The position numbers and the translations under genes were made by a program. 64,000 nucleotides of DNA from positions 121,471,551 to 121,535,550 of the forward strand of contig NC_068985.1 in NCBI RefSeq assembly GCF_001194135.2, written 5' to 3'. The stretch comes from Octopus bimaculoides (lineage: Eukaryota). The notes below the pieces were generated by a model. That model searched no databases. It worked only from the letters and a program-made list of their open reading frames with translations, and was not told where the DNA came from. Shown here one piece after another: positions 1 through 9,926 of this stretch. Every line of letters begins with the position of its first letter. Positions within the stretch are counted from its first letter, which is position 1.

Positions 1-104
1 ATATATATTGATAGAAAAGGTAAGACAACAAAAGAAAGAAAGAGACCTCGATATTATGTAAATAGAGGAATTTATCTGTAAATAATATGTGACAATTATT
101 CGGA

Positions 105-135
105 CATACATACATACATACATACATACATACAT

Positions 136-166
<31 letters not shown>

Positions 167-210
167 TACATACATACATACATACATACATACATACATA
201 AATACATACA
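105..210. repeat. (TACA)n microsatellite flanked by a duplicated ~28-bp motif
   Basis: tatctgtaaa(ta)atatgtgac(a/g)attattcgg occurs on both sides (~73-103 and ~219-247). Confidence 0.9.
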
Positions 211-249
211 TATGTATGTATCTGTAAAATATGTGACGATTATTCGGTA

Positions 250-320
250 GCCATGATAAAACTCCGAGTTTTTGGATGTCGGGGCGGAAACCCACACCGC
301 CATCTCTTCAGTTATCTGGC
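250..320 (-). ncRNA. Degenerate hammerhead-ribozyme-like motif in a repeat
   Basis: Minus strand: GCCAGAUAA-CUGAAGA-GAUG..CAUC-C-AAAA(GAAA expected)-ACU(CGG)AGU-UU-UAUCAUGGC. Three stems can be drawn, but G12 is lost and stem I is offset. Confidence 0.3.
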
Positions 321-610
321 CATTGAAAATTGCTATGAAAATGACCGTTAAACAAAGGGAAATTACTGTGTGGTTATTAAGACAAAAGAACTATTAGAAT
401 GACCACTAAGTAAGGGGAGAGAGTAAAGGTAAGGGAGTAAAAATGTCCATAGTATTCGCGTAAGCGCACCAGTCTATACATACAAATGCGCACACCCACG
501 TACATGCGCCTATATGTATATCCTCATCCAACCTCACTTGAAACACACACATGCTCACCCACACATTTGCCAAAAAATATATACATACCCGCATACACAA
601 TCGCACATAC

Positions 611-935
611 TTTTACTTGTTTCAATCATTAAACTAGGGCCATGTCAGGGCACAGCCTTGAATTTTTTAGTCAAATGAATCAACCCCAGTACTTATTTTT
701 AAGCCTAGTACTTATTCTGTTGGTCTTTTATGCTGAACCACTAAGTTACAGGGATGCAAACACAGCAACAACAGTTCCCATGTGGTGGTGGTGGTGGGGA
801 CAACAAACATGACACAAAGACACACATATATAGATATACATACATATATATGCGACAGGCTTGTTTCAGTTTCTGTCCCCAAATGCACTCACAAAATTTA
901 GGTCAGCCTAAGCTTATAGTAGAAGACATTTATCC

Positions 936-955
<20 letters not shown>
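611..955 (-). mobile_element. tRNA/CORE-type SINE (family A), degenerate copy
   Basis: Shares tail (tttcaatcatt...ggccatg) and body (gaaccactaagtta, tttcagtttc) with the copies at 17985 and 19165. Confidence 0.8.
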
Positions 956-970
<15 letters not shown>

Positions 971-1511
971 AGACACAGATAGTTTGATAGATAGATAAAG
1001 AGAGAGATAGAGAGAGAGAGAGGGAGTAAATTCTAAATAACTTTATTTGGTCAGCCGGAACAAAAACTGGTTGAAACTATGTGTCATCAGNNNNNNNNNN
1101 NNNNNNNNNNNNNNNNNNNNNNNNNNNNNNNNNNNNNNNNNNNNNNNNNNNNNNNNNNNNNNNNNNNNNNNNNNNNNNNNNNNNNNNNNNNNNNNNNNNN
1201 NNNNNNNNNNNNNNNNNNNNNNNNNNNNNNNNNNNNNNNNNNNNNNNNNNNNNNNNNNNNNNNNNNNNNNNNNNNNNNNNNNNNNNNNNNNNNNNNNNNN
1301 NNNNNNNNNNNNNNNNNNNNNNNNNNNNNNNNNNNNNNNNNNNNNNNNNNNNNNNNNNNNNNNNNNNNNNNNNNNNNNNNNNNNNNNNNNNNNNNNNNNN
1401 NNNNNNNNNNNNNNNNNNNNNNNNNNNNNNNNNNNNNNNNNNNNNNNNNNNNNNNNNNNNNNNNNNNNNNNNNNNNNNNNNNNNNNNNNNNNNNNNNNNN
1501 NNNNNNNNNNN

Positions 1512-1735
1512 GGCACATAAAAGACACCATTTCGAGCGTGGCCGTTTTCGTGCGGGTGACACGTAAAAGCACCCACTACACTCTCTGAGTGGTTGGCGTT
1601 AGGAAGGGCATCCAGCTGTAGAAACTCTGCCAAATTAGATTGGAGCCTGGTGTTGCCATCCGGTTTCACCAGTCCTCAGTCAAATCGTCCAACCCATGCT
1701 AGCATGGAAAGCGGACGTTAAACGATGATGATGAT
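1512..1735 (+). mobile_element. Young RTE LINE 3' UTR/tail ending in (GAT)n
   Basis: Near-identical to 24577-24876 and to 59085-59330, where the same sequence is joined to an RTE ORF end. Confidence 0.85.
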
Positions 1736-2225
1736 AAACATACATATACATGCACACACACACACAAATTTGTCACAATATATGGATTCAACTAATCCAG
1801 CAGTGCTCGTAAAAAAGCTCCTTAATGTATCATTCTATGAAACATATAAAATATAGAGTATGACACGAGTGAAAATCATGAGGAGTGCATGAAATTATAA
1901 ATAATGAAAGAAATACACTATGATAAAATTTATTTAACCATTGGAAATTCTTATTTAATGACAATTGTTTTGTGGCTTAATAAACACGTACAGATAATTT
2001 ATTTTATATTTTATAATAAGTAATGAATTACTTACATGTCTGTATTAATATATATACATTCTTTAGATTAAAGCTAGCTCTTCAGGTTAAAAGAAATCCA
2101 TGTTTAACCTGAAGAGTTAGCTTAACATCTACATTAATTTAAAGATTGTATATATATCAATGCAATGATGTAAGTAACTTATTACTTATTATAAAATATA
2201 ATATAATAAATTATCCATACACATT

Positions 2226-2287
2226 TATTAAGCTGCAAAACAATTTCCAATGATTAAATAAATTTTATCATAGTATATTTCATTATT

Positions 2288-2334
<47 letters not shown>

Positions 2335-2467
2335 GAGAATATACAAATAATAACAACAGACGAGGACAGGTGGTGTAAATAACAAAAGTATATATTAGTA
2401 TGACGCTCGGGAATACGGAAAGTCTTTGACGTTTCGAGCTACGCTCTTCAACAGAAAGAATAATATA

Positions 2468-2499
<32 letters not shown>

Positions 2500-3270
2500 A
2501 CCAAAACAAAAAAACGAACAAGAACGTAACACACAACAACAAAACATCCAGACAGTTAGACGATACAAAAAAGGACAGGAAAAAAACAAGGACGGGTCAT
2601 TCAGAGCCTTCTATCATCAGTCGAATTCCAGATCATCCCTGCAGTTTCAGCCAGTTACACTCAAGACTGCTCCAATCAGCCAGCCCCAAGGAAATCTAAG
2701 CTAAGAGCACTAGATTCTTTGGAAGAAAACAAGCAAATGTATACGAAAAAATGGAGAAATGTTACTCAATTACAAATAGAAACAACAAGAAAATAACAAC
2801 AGGTGTCTTTCGACTAAAGATGAATTGAATTAAGTTGGCATGTGTGGAGTGAAGCCTTACGGCAGGAACATAAGAGATGAAAGACATGAGAAGGAATATA
2901 AGAGATGCTACATGGAGGAAGTCGAACCAAGAATGAAAGGTCAGGTTTGGCAGAACACCAGTCACATGGAAGGAGAGGAGAGAGGTAGGAGGTGAGGGAT
3001 TGAAGAATTAGGGAGGGACAAGAAAGGAAAGGAAAGGAAAGGGACACAAAGTAAGGTACAAGAGAGGTAGAAGATTTTTCCAAAGAATCTAACGCTCTTA
3101 GCTTAGATTTTCTTTGGGCCGGCCAGATTGGAGCAGTCTCGAGTGTAACCGGCCAAAACTTCATGGATGATCTAGAACTCGACTGATGATAGAAGGCCCC
3201 GAATGATCCATCCTTGTTTTTTTCCTGTCCTTCTTTGTATCATTGAACTGTCCAGATGTTTTGTTGTTGC
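2226..3270. mobile_element. Penelope-like element remnant with inverted pseudo-LTR arms
   Basis: ~190 bp inverted arms at 2534-2724 and 3076-3269, and a hammerhead-like motif at 2423-2459. This arrangement is typical of PLE termini. Confidence 0.6.
2423..2459 (-). ncRNA. Minimal type I hammerhead ribozyme variant (core CUGUUGA)
   Basis: Minus strand: UCUUU-CUGUUGA-A-GAGC(GUA)GCUC-GAAA-CG-UC-AAAGA. Stem I 5 bp, stem II 4 bp, short palindromic-type stem III, GUC cleavage triplet. A6 is replaced by U. Confidence 0.55.
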
Positions 3271-3299
3271 CTGTTACATTCTTGTTCTTGTCTTCTCAC

Positions 3300-4145
3300 A
3301 CTTTTTCACACAGCTATCCTCATCCATTCTCACCACATGTCCATACCAGCGCAATCGCCACAACTGATGCTTCTTAGGTTCAACTTTTCTCTCAAGGTNN
3401 NNNNNNNNCTTCTTAGGTTCAACTTTTCTCTCAAGGTACTTACACTCTGTTGAGTATGCACACTGACATTACACATCCATCAGAGCATACTGGCTTCGTT
3501 CCTTGCGAGCTTACACATCCTCAGCAGCCACTGGCTGTTCACACACATGCATCATACAGTCTGCCTTTTACTCTAAATGAGAGGCCCTTTGTCACCAACA
3601 GAGGTAAGAGCTCTCTGAATTTTGCCCAGGCTATTCTTATTCTAGCAGCTACACTTTCCCCACTACTGACTTGGTCACCTAGGTAATGGAAGCTATCAAC
3701 TACTTCTAGTTTTTCTCCCTGGAATGTGGCAGAAGTTGTTCTTTGCACATTTTCAGTGTTTATTGCTCCTGAGCATCTGCCACATACAAAAACTATCTTC
3801 CTAGTTAGCCTTCCTTTGATATTGCTGCACCTCTTATGTGTCCATTGCTTACACTGGGTACATCTTATAGATTTTCTACCTACGCCTTTTCTACAGATCA
3901 AGCAGGGCCATCTACCTGAAGGGGTTTGTGGTTTGTCTACCTTCCTGCTTATTAGGACTTTGGCTTTAGCTAGGTTGACTCTATGGCCCTTCGATTCTAA
4001 TCTTTGCTTCTATATCTGAAACTTCTCCTCTAGTTCTGATAGTGACTCAGCAATTAGAATAAGGTCATCATCACAGAGGAGCTCCCAGGGGCAACCTGTC
4101 TTGAATTCCTGTGTTATTGCCTGGAGGACTATGATAAATAGGAGG
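3300..4145 (-). mobile_element. RTE-clade LINE fragment (RT C-terminus plus PHD-like Cys finger)
   Basis: ORF 3539-3901: CRKGVGRKSIRCTQCKQWTHKRCS...CGRC...ARIRIAWAKFRELLPLL. Upstream a degenerate YADD region (FKTGCPWELLCDDDLILIAES). Contains stops. Confidence 0.88.
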
Positions 4146-4987
4146 GGGCTGATATATATATATATATATATATATAATTATAGATACATATTCCACTCAT
4201 GATTAAGTCTGCACAGTCAAAACAGCAGTCTTTAATGAAAGAACGAATAAACAAACCCTAAGTTCTGAACTTATCAAATTCTGACCATCATTCCATCCCT
4301 CATCTCAGCTATTCATCACCCCCAACACATCACCTATCAAGTTAGTGTCACTATTTTCAAAAGTTTAATAACAAGGATTTGAATTATAAGTAATATTTCC
4401 ATGAATTTAGAACAGCCTAATAACAAATGTTAAACTACAATTTGTGTGATTTTTATAAACAAAATATGGTTATAAAATACTGCAATCAAATGTCCTGCCT
4501 CCTTCCTACCTGCAAAAAATTACACAAATGTGCTCACAAAAACCATTGCAGGTTGCATGAAGATGCAGATGAGAGGCTATTTTTTTTTATTTTTTTAGTA
4601 GGCCTTCCTTCTTGGTTTTAAATTGCTACTAACCACCTTGATTATTCTATAATTTTTCACATTGCCATTTTGTGAAATCAGTCGCTGATTCTAATGGCCT
4701 TCTCCATAATATTGACAGGGTGAGTTGGCCTCTATCAGCCATGATGGACTGAGCATTACTGATGAGCATTAATTTCCTATATGAAATTAGCATGCTAATT
4801 TGATACATCTTGCTCAGAGTGGAGAGGGTTTTCTCCTCTGCCAATACAAAGAGACCGTGTCTTTTTGTGGCTAAGAAGTTTACAACTCCTATTTCTAGCA
4901 ATGCTGGTACTCACTGTATCCCTGTCACTCTTAGTGACAGTGAATTATTTCCTAGTTGGTTTTAAATTGTTGCTAGCCACCTTGATT

Positions 4988-5042
<55 letters not shown>

Positions 5043-5098
5043 AAGTTTTTAACTTTACAACTTCTGTCTCTTTACAATTTAACTTCTTTTAATTACAG

Positions 5099-6880
5099 AC
5101 TGCTCAAGGATGTCCCCTGGGTGGCCATCCTAGCCTGCTCTCACCTCAGAGGACATCATGCCTTTGATGCTCTCAGTCAGGCCATGGTGGACATTCATTA
5201 CAAGTTCCAACTGCAAGACAAAATGACCAGGACCATGACAGACAACAACAAAAACTTTGTTGAGACATTTATGCAGTTTGGTACAGAAGTTGAACTCTTG
5301 CTAGACATTCCTGAGGCTGCTGCCAATCTGAATATAGAAGGCATCAAGGATAGGGACTTGGATGTGGATCCCAAGGTTGGAGATGTGGACAAAGTTGATG
5401 CCATCCTTGATGAGTTCAGAGGCCTGGGCCTAAACCTGCTGGTGCACATGAAGTATACAGCCCATACCTTCAGCTTGGTAGCCAGTGTAGATACCAACAA
5501 GGCTCTTGACAGCACTTTCTTCAAGTCAGCCTACAGGAAGGCCATGTCCAAAGCACAGTGGCTGTGGAAACTGCAGAGCCCCAGCACAGTGGCCACAGAC
5601 AGCATTCTAGACACATTGAAGCGGAGGTTGGTGGTCCCCAACAGTACCAGATGGAACTCTACGTATGACTCTCCTGCTGGAGAAGAATAGGGGGGGTCTG
5701 TGCCCAGGGTGATGACACAGCTGAAGCTGCAGACCTTCACTGATTCTGATGTCGGCTTCCTGACAGGGCACACCCAGGTGATGTCTAATGTTGCCAAGGC
5801 CTTGGATAAAATCCAAGGGGAGGACTAGGATTATCTCAGGAGCCTTCTGCCAACTGTAGTGGATACCATCATAAACTTGAAGGAGGCCAAGTTCAAATAT
5901 GTCCTGTACTGCAGTCCTCTAGTAGACACGATACTGGCAAGCATCACAAAATGGTTTGGGCTTCTCCAAGAAGATCTGGAGTGCCAGCTGACCACTGCCT
6001 TCCACCTTAAGTTTCGCCTGTTCTGACTGGAGCAGTAGAATAACAACAGCCAGGTTAGCAGATTAGCAAACGCCCCGTAGACCATCGTAGAGACAGTCCA
6101 AATGGAAACCAATGAGGAGGGCAGTACCACCACCACCAGCAATGAGGATAAGGAAGATGATTTCTTCAGCAACATCACTCAGTTCTGGGAGAGCAGGAGC
6201 CACACGTCATTGAAATCTAAAGCGTAGAACTTGGTGAAGACCTAACTGGAGGCCATCTTGAAGGAGGTCCTGATTGAAGTTGCCTTTTTGGATGAGCAGG
6301 TCTTGATCAACCTGTTCACCAAGTATAACACAGACATCCCATCTAGTGCTGCAGTTGAGCATCTATTCTCTATAGGCAAAGATATTTTGAGGGTCAAGAG
6401 AGCTACCCTGTCAGATGGTAACTTTGAGAGGCTGATGTTTATGAAGGGCAACCAGCATCACATCAAGGTGATGGAGAAGGCCCAGCCAGAGTAGTACACC
6501 TTGATTATCATCTGATCTTGGCATGATACCAATGCTATGCTATGCCTTTTTGATTGGCTTAATACTCTTTGTACAGTAATAAAGTGTATGTTGATGAAAA
6601 ACTAAAGTTTAATTTCATTTGTTCGTTTAATTATTTGCATACACCTTGATCATCATCTGATCTTATCATGCTATGCCTTTTTAGAAAGCTCTACATCTAA
6701 GCGACAACATGGGTCTGTTTTTAGGGGGTTTAGAGCCAAAAAAAAAAAAAAAAAAAAAACTAAATTCATATGATAAAAGTTAGCGGTCACCATTTAGCAT
6801 TTAGCTCCCATTAATTTTTTACCTGCTTAGCAGTTGAGAGTTTGCAAAGCTAACTTTTTGGTTAGCTATGCCCACCATAT
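5099..6880 (+). mobile_element. Degenerate hAT DNA transposon (transposase pseudogene plus putative right end)
   Basis: Motifs ACSHLRGHH..MTDNNKNF (first catalytic D), HTFSLVASVD, VVPNSTRWNSTYD, VAKALDKIQGE, and the hATC dimerisation segment NTDIPSSAAVEHLFS..RATLSDGNFERLMFMKGN. Frameshift near 5670 and in-frame stops. Acceptor-like ttacag at 5098. End ...ttagctatgcccacc ~6877. Confidence 0.92.
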
Positions 6881-7513
6881 ATGTATGTGTATATATATAT
6901 ATATTATTTTATTTTATTTTATATTATATATTGTATATTCCATATTCTATACCCCACATTGGTTCTGCAGGAATATAAATAAAACATAAAAAACAGACAG
7001 TGTTGGAACTCTTTTNNNNNNNNNNNNNNNNNNNNNNNNNNNNNNNNNNNNNNNNNNNNNNNNNNNNNNNNNNNNNNNNNNNNNNNNNNNNNNNNNNNNN
7101 NNNNNNNNNNNNNNNNNNNNNNNNNNNNNNNNNNNNNNNNNNNNNNNNNNNNNNNNNNNNNNNNNNNNNNNNNNNNNNNNNNNNNNNNNNNNNNNNNNNN
7201 NNNNNNNNNNNNNNNNNNNNNNNNNNNNNNNNNNNNNNNNNNNNNNNNNNNNNNNNNNNNNNNNNNNNNNNNNNNNNNNNNNNNNNNNNNNNNNNNNNNN
7301 NNNNNNNNNNNNNNNNNNNNNNNNNNNNNNNNNNNCTATAGCAATCTTTCAGTAGGAGTTACATCATGAGTGAGTGTGCAACATTATTTCATTTGCTCGA
7401 CAGAGCTAAAGCTCATGTCTATGAAGACCTTTTAATATATTATTTATTTCAAATAGTTAAACGATTATTTGGCGAATGATTTTCTTCAGTTTTAATATTT
7501 TAAAATTTCATAA

Positions 7514-7730
7514 AGCCACGAGCTGGCAGAAATGTTAGCACGCCGGGCGAAATGCTTAGCGGTATTTCGTCTGTCTTTACGTTCTGAGTTCAAATTCCGC
7601 CGCTGTTGACTTTGCTTTACATCTTTTCGGGATCGATAAATTAAGTACCAGTTGCGTACTGAGGTCAATCTAATCGACTGCCCCCTCTCCTAAAATTTCG
7701 GGCCTTGTGCTTATAGTAGAAAAGATTATG
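7514..7730 (+). mobile_element. tRNA-derived SINE with Nin/Deu-like domain (family B), well-preserved copy
   Basis: gagctggcagaaatgttagcacgccgggcgaaatgcttagcgg..ctgagttcaaattccgcc..ttttcgggatcgataaattaagtaccag. Other copies at ~11395-11530, 12040-12260, 22370-22530, 24480-24570, 25678-25880, 26648-26845, 27745-27950, 30258-30465, 40460-40600; minus-strand remnants at ~15555-15610, 39190-39345, 41665-41720. Confidence 0.85.
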
Positions 7731-9767
7731 TTAAGGCTTTATAATATAAAGTATGACATACATATTTTATCAAGGGTGGGAAATGTTTCAGATGAGGGAG
7801 GCTTGGCTACTGTTTTTAGCAAGACGAACGACCGCAGCAGAGACTCCCTTGTCGGTCCTCTAAGATAAGAGAAATGGTTCCAACTCGAAATCAAAAACGG
7901 GTTACAAACTCCGTTCTCGCTAGTAACCAATGAACATAAGTTGTGCTCGTTGTTACACAATAACAAGCTATAATATTTGAAACAATACCACGTCTCTGGT
8001 ATTCTTCTAAAAAGATGAAGTAATATTCATGCTTTGTCATGTCGACTGTAAACAAGAAAATATTACCAGATTCATAAATAAATAGCGTTAATCGACTCAT
8101 ACATAGATACACACACACGCACGCACGCATACATACATACATACATATTGTAGCTTATAGAATCTTCTGGTCCGTTGCCTTTCATCTAACCGGAGATCGA
8201 TAAACTCGGTAGTGATAATAAATCGGTTCAATTAAATCGATTATACACCCTGCCACCAATGTTTGTGTGCTTATTAACCAGCGTGTATATATATATATAT
8301 ATATATATAAAATGTATGTATATAAACATACGTGTATGCATGTGCGCGCGCGTGTAAGCGTGTGCGTTATATAAATATATATATATGACACATATATTCG
8401 TGTGCAAAAATATAAATTCACATGAACCTTCAAAAGCAATTGACACTGCCCACCACCTCGAAATAAATGTCAACAATAACAGAAAAAATACATGAACAAA
8501 AAAGAAAAACCCAGCTGAATAACTAGAAACATCCGTCCGACACATTCCTACATTATCTCACGGCTAAAATCTAACTTTCTACGGAACTAAGTTTTCACCA
8601 AAATTTCTTTCAACCTACCTCTCTTGTAGCTATACAAAATTGTTATGTTGTTTACGCAAACACATTTCGGTTTTTATAGCTCCATACCTCTTAATTTTGC
8701 ATTAAATTTACGTCGGGGTTAGCATGTTTTTGTTGAAGCTGCACCAAGGTCTTCTATAATAATTCTATTCAATCAAGATTTATGTTAGTCGATGAAGTAA
8801 AGAGTGTACATTAGAAAGATGTATAATGTATTCGAGCACATGCATTACTTACAAAAATAACCCTATGCTCTTAAGAAAAAGAAAAAAACAACTTACGTAT
8901 TATTTATTAAGGAAAACCTGGCATTTATTTGCAGCAAAGTATTTTCTGAAGTTAAAAATAATCTGAACTATTTACATCATGTTATCCCATACAAGCGATT
9001 GTCCTTTTGTCTATTTTATCAATCACTGAATAAATGTTTTCGGTAAATAATATAGGTGTTTTCTGTATCAACAAAAGTTATATACAGCTCTAACAAGCAT
9101 CTTCGTTGGAAATACTGAAAAAATATAACTCTTCTTCATAATTATTATTTTGACTATAGGGACAAGGCATGGAAGTTTGTGGGGAGGTGGTTAGTCGATT
9201 AAATCAACCCCAGTAATTGACTGTACTTAATAATAATTATTATTATTGTTGTTGTTACTATTATTATTATTATTATAGCAACATTATTCCCACCCCAATC
9301 CTACAACAGTTACTTGTTTGTGTTAAATATAAGATTAGCGACTCCGGTTGCAGAGATTCATAGTTATCACTGACTTTACAAACAGGAAATAATTGTTGAG
9401 GAATGTTAACAGTTCACACCATTTAAACAACTTGCTTTCGGATACGGATGAAACAAAGAGCCAATTGCATTCCCCTTTTGACAAGAAAATAATTGAATGC
9501 TTACAATCGAATGGGATATATTCAAATTTCCTTCCCTTGGAGGTCACTTCCGGCAGTTGTTTCGAAAACACAGACCTTAACTTTGAAACGTAAGAAATTT
9601 TTCCCAGCAGGCCCTTATTGATGATAGATACATACATATGTGTACTTTTTTATTCGTTTCGGTCATTTGACTGTGGCTATGTAATACAGTTCTATATTTT
9701 GAGAGAGGAGGAATTATGTACATTATTTGCATTTGACGGATATTTGTCCTCATTTTGTTTGTTGTTG

Positions 9768-9811
9768 ACACAACATTTCGGCTGATATACTCTCCAGCCT
9801 TCTTCAGGTGC
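9768..9811 (-). ncRNA. Minimal type I hammerhead ribozyme of the Penelope pLTR
   Basis: Minus strand: GCAC-CUGAAGA-A-GGCUG(gagaguauau)CAGCC-GAAA-UG-UU-GUGU. Canonical core, 5-bp stem II, stem I GCAC/GUGU. Stem III AAUGUU is probably CpG-decayed from the palindrome AACGUU. Confidence 0.7.
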
Positions 9812-9853
9812 TCTGGGGAAATTTTGAAGTATTTTTCGATGTTATTATATTCA

Positions 9854-9926
9854 GGTCACTGCCTGGAATCGAAATCGGAATCTTGGGATTAGCAGCCTGC
9901 GCTCTTAACCACTACACCATATGCCC
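9854..9926 (-). ncRNA. tRNA-like Pol III cassette inside the Penelope terminal repeat (not a functional tRNA)
   Basis: gggcatatggtgtagtggttaagagcgcaggctgctaatcccaagattccgatttcgattccaggc: A-box-like TGGTGTAGTGG, anticodon-arm-like GG-CTGCTAA-TCC (Ser-GCT-like), B-box-like TTTCGATTCC. Acceptor stem is poor. Confidence 0.65.

Noticed and set aside
1043-1669. Long ORFs spanning N runs (also 7000-7341, 24650-25078, 29533-30205, 55270-56454)
   Set aside because: Open only because Ns give no stop codons. The flanking peptide MKPDGNTRLQS.. is antisense to an RTE 3' UTR.
2590-2622. CUGAUGA-containing segment in the inverted arms (also 3183-3215)
   Set aside because: Followed by GAAU rather than GAAA, with no convincing stem I or III; not called as a hammerhead.
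7514-7610. tRNA-like A/B boxes in many short repeats
   Set aside because: These are SINE heads; no complete cloverleaf tRNA gene was found.
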